Origin: the human T2T-CHM13v2.0 reference genome, Homo sapiens
NCBI RefSeq assembly: GCF_009914755.1
Contig: NC_060938.1
Strand: one strand, 5' to 3'
Length of the DNA stretch: 64,000 nucleotides
Position numbers and translations under genes: made by a program. Numbering within the stretch: the first letter of the stretch is position 1; the number at the start of each line of letters is the position of its first letter. The notes below the pieces were generated by a model that had not been told where the DNA came from, ran no database searches, and saw only the letters and a list, made by a program, of their open reading frames with translations. Of this stretch, positions 25,700-38,350 are shown piece after piece.

Positions 25700-26105
25700 T
25701 AGTTAATACAGTGAACATTTATGGAGTGCCTTCTCTCTTCCTGGGATTGTGCAGGGCACTAGGCCCACAAAATACTTGATGCACAGCCGCTTCCCCTCAC
25801 TTCAGTTACCACAGCCTAACAGGAAGACACACTCATAAAGAGCTTAGAATGTGATCATGCTAAAGTGGATATATATGTCATAGCATATATGTTATTCTAT
25901 TTAGGGAAGAGAACTTTTAAATCAGTCTGGAATCAGACTTTAAAAGATAAGGAAGAGATCTCCTAGGGGGCAAGGAAGAGAAGGTCAGTCTTCCAAGAAG
26001 AGTAACAAGAACAAACTAGGTCGGCAGGAAAGGGAATGTGATGTACAAAGAACAGACAGTAGCTCAGTGTGATTAGAGTGTATGTTGTCAGGAGAGTGGC
26101 TGGAG
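25700..26105 (-). mobile_element. L2 fragment
   Basis: aacatttatggagtgcc...cttcccctcacttcagttaccacagcctaacaggaagac...ggagagtggctggag. Confidence 0.5.
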
Positions 26106-26336
26106 TTGTCCTGTTTGCTCAGCAGTTATTGCAGGAAACAGTCAACAAATGAATAGAAGGGTGTGTGTTCTCTGTCCAAGTGGACTCCAAACCCACTCGG
26201 TGTTGTTCTCTCTGTGCCCTGCAGGGCGCACACAGTGTCGTCAGCACACGGAGCTCTTTCTTGAGTTGGTCTGGCCTTTTAAAAATCATTTTATCTGTTC
26301 CTGTACTCTTAACCATGTCATATCCTCTTTTTGCAG

Positions 26337-26373
26337 CGTTTAGTCACATCAAGAAATAGAACAGAATTCAGCC
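26337..26373 (+). other. DAAM1: 5' UTR portion of the DAAM1 start-codon exon (whole exon 26337-26556, 220 nt)
   Basis: Acceptor tcctctttttgcAG| ends at 26336, with a cttaac branch-point-like motif upstream. The upstream non-coding exon and promoter are not visible in the window. Confidence 0.85.
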
Positions 26374-26556
26374 ATGGCCCCAAGAAAGAGAGGTGGACGA
26401 GGTATTTCATTCATCTTTTGCTGTTTCCGAAATAATGATCACCCAGAAATCACGTATCGGCTGCGAAATGATAGCAACTTTGCGCTTCAGACCATGGAAC
26501 CAGCATTGCCCATGCCCCCTGTGGAGGAGCTGGATGTCATGTTCAGTGAACTGGTG
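26374..26556 (+). CDS. DAAM1: DAAM1 first coding exon, codons 1-61 (N-terminal basic region and start of the Rho-GTPase-binding domain)
   Basis: Translation MAPRKRGGRGISFIFCCFRNNDHPEITYRLRNDSNFALQTMEPALPMPPVEELDVMFSELV recognised as the DAAM1 N-terminus. Strong Kozak context GCCATGG. Ends at GTG|GTGAGT donor, phase 0, 183 nt. Confidence 0.97.
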
Positions 26557-27533
26557 GTGAGTCCCAGTTTTCTATCCTGGCATTGGTGGGGAGCCAGAGA
26601 AGGAGAAGAGGAGAGGATGTGAATGAGTTGGTTTGGTTTGACATGGACTTTTCCTTTTCAGTGAAATGGCCCCCATTCACCTTTATGTCTGCACCCTCAC
26701 TGTCAGCACTAAACCTGTGGAGAAGGAAGAGTTAGAAGAGGGTAGTATTACTACATCCAAGTGCTTTGCTTGTGCTTTAAGTGGGTGGAGGGATTTAGAC
26801 CTTCAGTTCTTCAAATATGTGGCAGTACTGCATCTTAAGTTGCCCTTCCTAATTTGTCTCCATCCCAGTCCTTAGTCTATACATTATGCTAAATAATTCC
26901 TTCATTTACTTCACACCTATTGGGATTCCCTAATGCTCCCCTACCCCCACACCGAATGTACAGTATTAACGTATTTTTAAAAAATTAGTCATACTTTCCA
27001 TCCTGTCATTGATCCTTTGGTGAAAGACATTATTACTTCAGTACAGCATCATTATTTAGCCTAATGATAGGATTAGAATAATAACTGCTGTGGGAATCTT
27101 TTTATAGGTACTATCATATTTTAGAATCAAATATACTGAAATGAAGGATGCATCTAGTGCAGGACCCATTCATCAAGAGATGTAAGTACATTCTTCAGCT
27201 TAGCTTTTCAAGCATCAAGTAGTGTTTCTATTCTGTATTTCAGAAGATATTATGGCATAGTTTAAAGGGGTGCTAGCATAGGACTTAGGAAGACTTTTTT
27301 TCAAATCACTGCTTTGATTTTATCTTCATAATTGTAAAAAATCATGTTATTTTTCTGTTCCTGTTTTCTGAAGGAAAAAAACATCTTCTTCTAGGTTTGA
27401 TATAATGTTTCAGTGAGAACAGCACACAGTGGGAGTGGCCCAGTGCCTGGCCTTTAAACATGCTTAATAAATGTTACATGAATACTGTATCCTGCTTTGA
27501 TCACCACTGGCATTTTGTAATGGAATTAGTTCT

Positions 27534-27899
27534 TCTTTTTTTTTTTTCTTCAACTTTTATTTTAAGTTCTGGGGTACATATGCAGGATGTGCAGGTTTGT
27601 TACATAAGTGAACATGTGCCATGGTGGTTTGCTGCACAGGTCATCCATCCCATCACCTAGGTATTAAGCCCAGCATCCATTCGCTGTTCTTCCTGATACT
27701 CTCCCCAATCCACCATCCCCCTGCCTCCTGCCACATGCCCCAGTGTGTGTTGTTTCCCCCCATGTGTCCATGTGTTCTCATCATTCAGCTCCCACTTATT
27801 AGTGAGAACACCTGGTGTTTGGTTTTCTGTTCATGCATTAGTTTGCTGAGGATAACGGCTTCCAGCTCCATCCATGTTCCTGTAAAGGACATGATCTCA
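27534..27899 (-). mobile_element. L1PA 3' end (about L1PA8-11), heavily 5'-truncated
   Basis: Poly(T) followed by caacttttattttaagttctggggtacatatgcaggatgtgcagg. 20-bp TSD TTTGTAATGGA(A/G)TTAGTTCT at 27514-27533 and 27900-27919. Confidence 0.92.
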
Positions 27900-28554
27900 T
27901 TTGTAATGGAGTTAGTTCTAAATGGACCATTTATATTGTTCAACAGACACTAGAGAATACTATTCATTTTGCATGATTCTTTGGTCAAGGACATACTGTA
28001 AGCTGCGTTAGTGTTCTCCTTGGTTAATATCTGAACTGACCATGTCACTCCAACTCTTATAGACCAGAATTCATTTATAAAGCAGAAAGATAAGCCAATA
28101 TGAGAGAGGTTATGAAGCTGATGTTTGATTTCTGGTCTCCTGCGTGGAGCGATGGGCCTATTGCCAACCAGAGTTGGTCGGGAAAAAGGAAAGATGACTC
28201 CTACCAGTGTACTTACGCTTTATGATCTTGAATATTTTCAGTGTTTAAGGAATCTCTTCCTTCTTTGATCTCCACTGCATGAAGAACTCTGTTGCAGGTG
28301 TTAACAAGGAAGTTTGAAATAGAAAGCCAGAACCTGCCCCCCAAAGATCTGACAGTAGTAGAAGGAGATCCATTATGAAGAAGGTATAATGGCAACAAAA
28401 GAATAATCACAAATTACCTGTGTGTGTAATATGTGTTGTGTGGTGTGGGTCAAGGAGATGAGGAAGGTGGTTAGGGAAGACTTTATGGAGGAAGTGAGCT
28501 GTCAACAGGAATTGAAGGTGAGAAGAAAAGTTGGGGGGAATCCATGTTAATGAC

Positions 28555-28950
28555 TGTCTCAGTCATCTTAAACTAGGTTATGCTGTGATAGCAAAACCCC
28601 AGTGGTTGCAACAGCAGAGGCTTATTGCTTGCTGTGCTGTGTGTCTACTGTGGGTCTGCTATAGTTCTGCTCCTTCCTGTCTTCTGTCCTATACCCAGGA
28701 AGGGTGGAGGAGGAAAGGCAAACCTGGCAAACCATTCATAGGCTCTAAGCTTATGCTTGGAAATAACAGGTGTCACTTGTGCCCACATTTCATTGGCCAG
28801 TGCAGATCACATGGCCACACCTGAGTTTGCATATAAGGAGGCATCCTTCTTCTGTAGAGACTGGTACCACAAGTCATGTGGCCAAGGCTGAGGTCATGGG
28901 GCAGGCAGATGACACATAGTCCTCTTCTAGGGAGGGGCAGTGAATCATCT
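28555..28950. mobile_element. Old MaLR LTR, MLT1J/K-like
   Basis: ctaggttatgctgtgatagcaaa...ccagtggttgcaacagcagaggcttatt; cccacatttcattggccag...cacatggccacacctga. Confidence 0.6.
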
Positions 28951-29038
28951 ACCAAGACAGCAATCAAGAAGGGCAATAATGATGCATTGACAGGCAGGGT
29001 TTCCCACTTAAAATGTTTTAAAACTGAAAGTCTCTTGT

Positions 29039-29206
29039 TCAAGTTGGTGTTTGGATTAAAAAAAAGAAAAAAAAAAGTCAACCAAAGGACATAGGTGTTG
29101 CTGATAGCTAATGACTGCCCTCAAGTTGGTGTTTGGATTAAAAAAAGGAAAAAAAAAAAGTCAACCAAAGGACATAGGTGTTGCTGATAGCTAATGACTG
29201 CCCTCA
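29039..29206. repeat. 82/83-bp near-perfect tandem duplication
   Basis: 29039-29120 and 29121-29203 are identical except within the A tract (A8GA10 vs A7GGA11). Confidence 0.97.
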
Positions 29207-29689
29207 GTGGTAGTAGAGCTGGTAGGCAGAGCTGGCACCCTCAAAGCATTCCACATCTACAGTTATATTCTGTCAGTCTCCCAAAATGAGAGCGAGGAGC
29301 CCGTGTGGTGGTAGCTTCATGTACGTCTTGAAGACAGCTCATTGTTCTGTATTCATAAGGGAGAAAATTCCACTCTCTCTGCCTTATTGATGTCTCCATT
29401 CTGTGTGAAAATTGCCTACAGCTGCTAGTTGTGAGAAAGCCAATGCCAAACCAGAACTTTAAGCTGAAACCATTGGAGAACAAATTATCTTGAGGTTTGT
29501 ATCTGTCCTGGTAAGTGAAGGATGAATTTTTGTCTACTCTTGACTTCAGGGACTAAGACCACAAATCTATCCAATTGTAAGGGGTGGCCTGGCCAAGAGA
29601 GGTAGGCTCAAAGCTGCTGCAAACCTCTGCCCCAGGTTCTCTTGAGTAATAGCTGAAGCAATTCTGCCTCTGGCCTGGTACAGCGGAGG

Positions 29690-29905
29690 GAGGCCACATG
29701 TGGTGGTGGACAGTGCCTGGTCTCTGGAGTCAAACACTTTTCCCAAATGCCAGCTCTGTAGCCTAGGAAATCTCCCTTTAAGATTATTTCTGTTTGAATT
29801 TTAGTTGTTTCCTTACCTATAAAATGGAGATAATACCATCTTGCTGATAGGGTTGGTGTAGAGGTGAAAGAAGATAACCTTTAAAAAGTCTGGCACCTAA
29901 TAGAT
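29690..29905 (+). mobile_element. MIR
   Basis: tctctggagtcaaac; ttccttacctataaaatggagataata; tctggcacctaatag. Confidence 0.65.
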
Positions 29906-30409
29906 GATTTACACCCCACAGACAAATACTGCAAGAGGGATGAGAGATAATTCTAGTGTCTTCTAGACACAACACTCTAAGCAAATATTTCAGTTGTTCC
30001 TTTTCTTGAAAGCAAATCTGCCCTGGTGTGAGCGGGCCAATGTGGGTCCTAACTTGCAGACCATCTTACCTCTGTATCTGTTAGAAAGCATCTCATCAGA
30101 GCTGGTTGTTGTAAGCTAGTTTCCTTTGCCTCATCTCATGAGTCACTCATTTGATGTTTTTAAAAGTGATACCAAGTAGATTTCTTTCAGAATTGGTTAC
30201 TGCAACCGTATCACCTCATTAGTAAAGCAAGCCTCAATAGGAGGTCAGCCATGTGAATCTTTAAAGAAGGTGGGCAGCATGGAGCACCTTGTTCTCTAGT
30301 AGGCTCCCTGCTGTAGGCAGGGGAACCAGAATTAGTCCTACCTCAGGATTTAGCATTGTCTTTCTAGTCTCATCCTGCTTAACTTAAAAAAAAAAACAAA
30401 AAACAAAAA

Positions 30410-31402
<993 letters not shown>

Positions 31403-31924
31403 ATTCACCCCCTACCAACTGATAAGACAACTGCTTTTAAAGCTGTTCTATATCTCCTGAAGAACTGAGGACAAAATAACTCGGGAATTGTGTGTGCGTG
31501 AGTTGTCAAATAGAAATAAAGTCTCCCTGCTAACAATTTTTAAGTTATTTGGGATATTTACAAATAAAACCTAAGTTAAGAGTCTGTTTAATCTCTGCTA
31601 ACCATATATTTTATACCTTTCGAGAATCAATTCTTTTTTACTTTTTCCTCTCCCTCTCACCTCTACCTCCTCCCCTCTCCCAGTCTTCCTCTGTGCTCTC
31701 TGCCTCAGTCAAAATAAAGAAATATAACCAATATGAATAACACTCACCTATTGAAATAAGATTCAGTAATATTCTTTTCTACAGGTTTTTAAAAGTCTTA
31801 AATTATCTCAGCCAACCTATCCGAAGAGTCCTAAGCGTGACAACTCTATAAATCGTCCTTATTCAAGTAACTTTTTTATGTTAGCAATAGACGATTTCCC
31901 TTGGAATGAACAGAAGAATGAGTC

Positions 31925-32830
31925 ATTAATCGACTGATGGTTTATTTTGATGTGTGCATGTTAAGAGCCTGTCTCTGCTAATCCTGAGGTAACTGGTGAG
32001 CAAAAGACACATGGTCCTGTCCTTGATGATGTTGTGGAGCTGAAGGTCTAGCAGAAAAGACAGGCAACTAAATGTGCAATCTTATCAAAGTGATCAAGTG
32101 CTATGGGAGTGCTGCTCAAGCAGTACATTTTGTCTGGGAGGAAGCTTTATTCCCTTTTTCGTGAGGAGGGAGTTTCACTGGAATCACATTCCCGGCCTCT
32201 CTTCCAGCTCCTTACTCCTCTTGGGAACATGCACAGCTCAGTACCTCTCTGTAAACAGTCAACGTGCTTTGAGAAAACACATTGTGTTTCTTGGTGCCAT
32301 ACATTACACAGGAGTGAGCCCCTTTGGGGAGCTCTACAGTTGTCCAGCTGCCCCTGTGGGACAGTGGATAAACATCTACATAACTCAGCATTAAATTTCT
32401 GCAGGCCCCACTTATCTGCCGATGAAAGTTGGGTTCTCCAGTGCAGCTTACGTGAGTAAAATGAAGGGCATTTTGATTTCTATTGGCTTGATTCCTTAGC
32501 TTAGGTCTCAGTGAATTCTAATCTTGCTGGGGAAGGAGGGTGCTGTTCACTAACACCTACCCCCATGATTGCCTAACCTAGTGTGAAGGGTCTTGGAAGC
32601 CTTCCTCGGGGAAGTGACATTTAATGTGAGGCATGAAAAACAAGAAGGAATCATCCAGGCACAAAGGAAAGAAAAGAGTGTTACAGACAGTGAGAAGAGC
32701 ATGTATAAGTGCTAGAGAGTGAGAGAAGGCATGGAAGGCTCAGGTAACTGAAAGAAGTTCAGTTTAGATGACGCATAAAAAAACAGGAAGCTAGAGGGAT
32801 TGGAGATTCTGAGAGACGAGCCTGGGAAAG
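31925..32830 (-). mobile_element. L2 fragments (approx. 31925-32130 and 32590-32830)
   Basis: gtgagcaaaagacacatggtcctgtcctt...ggagctgaaggtctag; gccttcctcggggaagtgacatttaa...agagcatgtataag. Confidence 0.55.
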
Positions 32831-33064
32831 GTATGTTTGGGATGGTTATATTGTTGACTTAAACATATATATCAAATTCTTCCTAGAACCAGAGAAAAGT
32901 GCCTCTGTTTGCTTACAGATTTTTTCAGTGAACCAAATATAATGAAGTACATCAAAATATTTTGCTATCTGGTTAAATTTACAGAAATAACCATGGTTCT
33001 GTTCAGTATTTGTGAGGTGTTGGTAAGTTTTGTGATAGATGTCATGTATCCCTGAGTAGATTCT

Positions 33065-33482
33065 TATCTTAATCCATTTTATGTTGCTATAAAGGGAATA
33101 CCTGAGGCTGGGTAATTTATAGAGAAAAAAATTATAGCTCATTGTTCTCATGGTTGGAAGGCTCAAGATTGAGCATCTGCATCTGGTGAGGGCCTCAGCC
33201 TGCTTCCACTCATGGTGGAGGCAAAGAAAAGTCTGCATGTGCAGAGATCACGTGGCCAGAGAAGCAATGGTGGTGGGGTGGCAGGTGCTAGGCTCTTTTT
33301 AACAACCAGCTCTCCAGGGAACTAATGGAGCTAGAACTCAGTAACCCGGAGGGAGGAAATTAATCTATTCATGAGGGATCCTCCCCCATGACCCAAACAC
33401 TTCCCATTAGGCCCCACCTCCAATATTGGGGATCAGATTTCAACATGAGATTTGGAGGGGAACACACATCCAAACCATAGCA
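33065..33482 (-). mobile_element. MSTB-like MaLR solo LTR
   Basis: tatcttaatccatttt...gaatacctgaggctgggtaatttat...tccaaaccatagca. Perfect 5-bp TSD ATTCT (33060-33064, 33483-33487). Confidence 0.9.
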
Positions 33483-35173
33483 ATTCTGAATATGTTTTCC
33501 TTTGAGCTCAGTAGTTGAGGTGAGGTGCCTCTTTGTTACAACATGCACCTCCTCTGGCTACTTTAATTTTGAAATAGAAAAGGACAAAGAGAATTACCAG
33601 GAGCCCCCCTGCAATAGACTTCTGCATACCCCAAGAATAAGGGTTTCCTACAGAATATTTCACAGCAACAGTGGTATTGGAACTGGGGTGTCTTTCTCAC
33701 AGTTTCTGTTTCTGTGACCCTCAGCTTTTTTAATGGGTGAAACATGCAAAATGTCCAACTGCTTTTCCTGTGTGAGATTTTACGTAAAAAATCCAGGTTT
33801 AAAACAAGTCTGGTTATTATTTTTGAAGTGTATTATAGTCAGTCTCACCTCTTACAGCACACATATTTGGAATCCATTTCATAGTTTTAGAGGAGAGCTT
33901 TCATTTCTAATACACTACATCACTGAATTTATGGCTAGTTGGAAATAATATGCAGTTTGAACCCAAGTTTTTCTAAGCCTGAAATGTTTCCAATTCCATT
34001 TTATACTATTTTCTGGTTAATCTGCCTTCTTTCAGATCCAGTTCTTAGACTTCCATTTATTAGGCCAGTGGGTCTAATGTTTGAGGATAATAGAGTGCTG
34101 TGCCTTCCAGGAAATGTAAAATATTTTAAAGAAACTTGTTGTGAAATTCATCACTGGTCACAAAACCACTATTTATACTACCGAGAAAATATAAAAGGAA
34201 AACTAAAATCCCAATGAGAAGGTAGTGATGGTGGATACTGTAGGATGATAAGATTTATACCATCAAAATATAATCATAAATATAATTACTATAGGCCTAT
34301 ATCATTAAGTACTGAGGACATTCGCAGGATTAGTCATCAGCATAGAATTTGAGAAATGAAGGTAGGAGAAATGAAGATAGTAGAAATGAAAGAATTTAGA
34401 TGATATATCAGATTTAGATAAATTCACAGTCAAGGTAAGTTGTGCCAAATGAATTCACTTGGGAACCTACATCAATAATCTCTTCATTTTTCATATATTC
34501 TGAAGTCATTTTGATATGAAAGGAGCTACAGGAACCCAAATGAGTCCTAAGGATATACCAGGGTACACATTTTGTTCTTCTACCAGCCTTGTGAATTGTT
34601 ACTCCTTTTCTCAGGCTGTCAGCATAATTTCTCTTATGACCGAGGCTTATTTTAAGCTGCCTTTAATAATAAAGTACTTCTGTTGTTACAAAAATCAATG
34701 AAAAGTTTCAACATTTTTTATCTCTTCATTTTTAAAACTTGCCTTATAAGTGAAGACCGTGACTAACAATAGAAAGTAACCTACAGGAGCTATTCAGTTG
34801 CCTGTCCCCAAGAAAGATGAAAAAATTGCGTAATAGGAACATTCCATTTTAAACTGATAGAAGGAAAAAAAAACTGGTTGTAAAGAGTCATAGTTTTAAT
34901 CTATTGTTTATTAGAGTATAAAGGATTGCTCTGTAGTTACACAGAGAAAATCGGACTGTATAAGACTTCAAAGATACATGTCTACAATAGTGTCAAAGTA
35001 TTCAGTTATCTGGAAGCCAAAATTCAGAATCTAATGAGGGAATTGATACTAAAATTGTTCTGTTTCCATGAGATTAAAAGTTGGTTTTATTTGACAAACC
35101 TGTAAAGCTTAAAAAGAGAAAAGTTTTGTTTAGCTAAAGGAAACAATCAGTTGACAGAGAATTAAAATATATT

Positions 35174-35490
35174 GGCTGGGTGCAGTGGCTGGCCAGGCAC
35201 AGTGGCTCACACCTGTAATCCCAGCACTTTGGGAGACTAAGGCGGGCAGATCACTTGAGGCCAGGAGTTCGAGACCAGCCTGGCCAACATGGTGAAACCC
35301 CATCTTTACTATTAATAAAATTAGCCAGATGTGGTGGCACATGCCTGTAACCCCAGCTACTTAGGAGGCTGAGGCACGAGAGTCACTTGAACCTTGGGAG
35401 ATGGAGGTTGCAGTGAGCCGAGGTCGGGCCACTGCACTCCAGCCTGGGCAGCAGAGCAAGACTGTCTCAAAAAACAAACAAACAAACAAA
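35174..35490 (+). mobile_element. AluS (Sz/Sx-like) preceded by an extra 17-nt Alu 5' end
   Basis: GGCTGGGTGCAGTGGCT is followed by GGCCAGGCACAGTGGCTCAC and a full dimer with an (AAAC)n tail. Confidence 0.92.
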
Positions 35491-35569
<79 letters not shown>

Positions 35570-35572
35570 TGT
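35490..35572. repeat. Compound microsatellite (AT)n(AC)n(AT)n(GTAT)n at the Alu tail
   Basis: Read directly. Confidence 0.95.
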
Positions 35573-37414
35573 AGGAGAGAGGGAGGGAGGGGGAGAGATC
35601 TTCCTTTGACAGTGTAGCATTTTTTGATAACTTGATGCTGTAGGAAAATGCTCAGAACAGTGTGAAGATATGCAATATATCACAAAGAATAGTTGGAATG
35701 TAGATATGGGCTTAAATGTGTGCAGTGCTAAAATTCCTATGGAGTAAATGTGAACTGCTGCCAAGATACAGTCAATTTAAAGGTGACAGAAGATGATCTC
35801 ATATCCAGGACTTGATCAGTTATTTTGGCCCTGAGAACAACTGATGGTTTATGATATAGGCTGATATTGACATAAGTGGTTTTGCTTGCTGATATCTGCT
35901 GTACTTCTGAATAGAACATTGCTTTGTTCCTAAAACAGTAGGGTTGGCAGTAGACTCTCATTTCAGTGGCATTATACATTTCTTTGTACTGGTTGAAGTC
36001 CTGTCTGCTTAGAGACAGTAAGATGGTCAAAATGATTTCTTAAGTTTCCTTCTAATCCTCTGATTCATTAAACACATCCAATAAAGCTTAAGATACGACC
36101 ATAAAACCATTTTGTTCCTTCTAATTCTGAATGTACATTGTATCTTACCAAGATCATTCCAAATGTCCTTTCCTACAGGCTGTTAAATTTGGACTTCAAC
36201 TTCATATTAAATATTTTGTTACCATTTCAATTATCATTTATTTCTGGATGCTTCTTATATCTTAATATTAGATCAAGGAGACTGAAATGAGGGAGCATGA
36301 AGAGGTGGAGGAAAGAAACATGAAAATGTTGTTTTTAAATAGAAATACTATACTATAAAACTATCTCTGAATTAATAATGCTGTTGACAAAATGGCTATG
36401 GATCCTCTTGGTCCTGATGATTTTTATTAAAATGAATCCCAAAGAGACCCTGGATAGTATGGACCTACTTAGCTTTTGGCTACAATTTAAAATCTGACTA
36501 TTTAACTTAGTCCTTATACTACCATATACAAATTATACAAAGTCGTTATAGTATACTGACATTCCCATTCTCTATGTGTCCTCATATAAGCCAATACAAG
36601 TGTCAAAAGGCTGGAGGAATAATTTGATCTTTATAAGTAGTGTGGTTTAGGTAAGCTTTTAAGCGTAATTTTAAAAATGTGTTTCAGTAATGGCTAGAAG
36701 GATCTGGTAGTTTGTGCAATTAACTGTACATAAGAATATATCTTGATGCTCTGGGAATTATCTAGTCACCATGGTTTGCTCTCAGAAAACACATGTGACA
36801 TGGCCTTTGGGAGGTAATTGCTCAATACCATGGATGGTGTTTTTCAGGTCTGAACAGTCCTTGAATATTTTTACTCGCTGTGTCTGGAATCTTCCCCACT
36901 CCAACCTTCAATTCCCAGAATTCCTCTGGAATTTCAAGCTGTTCTTGGTGCGTGTTACAAGAGCTCAGTGACCAGCTATATCTTTTAGTTATGATTTTCG
37001 GGCTTATGGGTGAAGAGCTAGAATTTTTGTTCCTTGGCAAACCAGATTCCTGAAAAAGTTGCAGTATTTTTTCTTGTGTTCAGTTTTAAATGAATTTGTT
37101 GGCAAGATCCAAAAGCAGCTAGCTGTTTATTTCATTACTCAGTGCAATATTTAAGAACTAAATTAAACCAAATAATTAAAAACTCAGAATATATATATGA
37201 CATGTATATATATTTATGTTATGTATATATAACATAAATATGAATTGTTTTCAGGAAAAATAGGCTTTTCTTCGATGTAGAAGGAAAAGTCAGAATCTTT
37301 TGCCATCTTTTCAACAGTCAGATAGTTTGAGTTTTTTCTCATATGAATAACTCATTGTGTTAATCCACTATATATATGCACCTTTGCACCTTCAGAGAGC
37401 AGAATGGCTCAGGT

Positions 37415-37590
37415 GTTATATCTGACTTTCTCACACTTAGGATCCTGGGGGCCTAGGGCAGTGCTTGGTCCAGAGTAGGTGCTCAATGAATGTTTGTGGC
37501 TTGAGTGAATGGATGTATAACTAATTACTGAAGCATTACACATGAGATGCACAATAAGTATTTGAGTGAATGTATGCATGCATGCATGAA
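37415..37590 (+). mobile_element. L2 3' end(s)
   Basis: gcctagggcagtgcttggtccagagtaggtgctcaatgaatgtttg; caataagtatttgagtgaatg. Confidence 0.65.
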
Positions 37591-38161
37591 TTAATAACTG
37601 TGGAATCCTGCAGCAGTTGGGTTTGTATTTTAATATTCTCATAGTGGTGATAAGTTTGGGCTGATTCTTATACTCTGCCTGCACCCTATCCACCTGCTGT
37701 CATCCTGTTTTACTCTTTCTTCTCATTAAAATGTTAGTTACAATGGGGACACCAAAGTGGTTGGCATGAAAGTTAGCAGATTAAAAGGATAAGGGTGACA
37801 ATGTTTAAGAAATATTCTTTCTCTTTAAAAGTCTCTGTACTGTATATTACGTGGTGAAATAAATAGCTCCAATGTGGGAAGACTTATTCTGCTAGATTGT
37901 CTTTTGACCCAATTAAAGCTTTAAAGTGTCAGACAAGCAGCCAAACAAGCCTCTTGAGGGTGTGGGAGGGGCCTGGGCTGGCAAGAGCAGTGCTGGTGCT
38001 ATCGAAGGAGGTGGCCATGTGTGGAACTTGGCTTCATGGTTGGTTGCCCACAGGGACTTAGGGTACCTTTCTTGTCTGTCACTTTACAGCTGGTGCTGTA
38101 TCCCCGGAGATGAAGTACTTCCATTCAATTAGGAAAACATGCTTAGAAATTCTCTCTTTCA

Positions 38162-38350
38162 AGAACAACAGGCAATGGGGCCTGTCAGAGGGTGAAGGGT
38201 GGGAGGAGGGAGAGGATCAGAAAAAATAACTGTGGGTACTAGGTTTAATAGCTGGGTGATGAAATCATCTGTACAACAAACCGTGTAATACAAGTTTACC
38301 TATACAACAAACCTGCACGTGTACCCCGAACTTAAAAGTTAAAAAAAAAA
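38162..38350 (+). mobile_element. L1PA 3' end fragment (about L1PA11-13)
   Basis: gggtgggaggagggagaggatcagaaaaaataact...acaaacctgcacgtgtaccccgaacttaaaagtt, then poly(A). Confidence 0.88.

Noticed and set aside
26551-26562. Tandem GTGGTG donor that would drop Val61
   Set aside because: The upstream GT (GTGGTG) is a poor U1 match compared with GTGAGT, and nothing in the sequence supports its use.
26557-26622. C-terminal 21 aa of the 82-aa ORF 26374..26622
   Set aside because: This is read-through past a consensus GTGAGT donor into the intron. The real frame continues at 54095.
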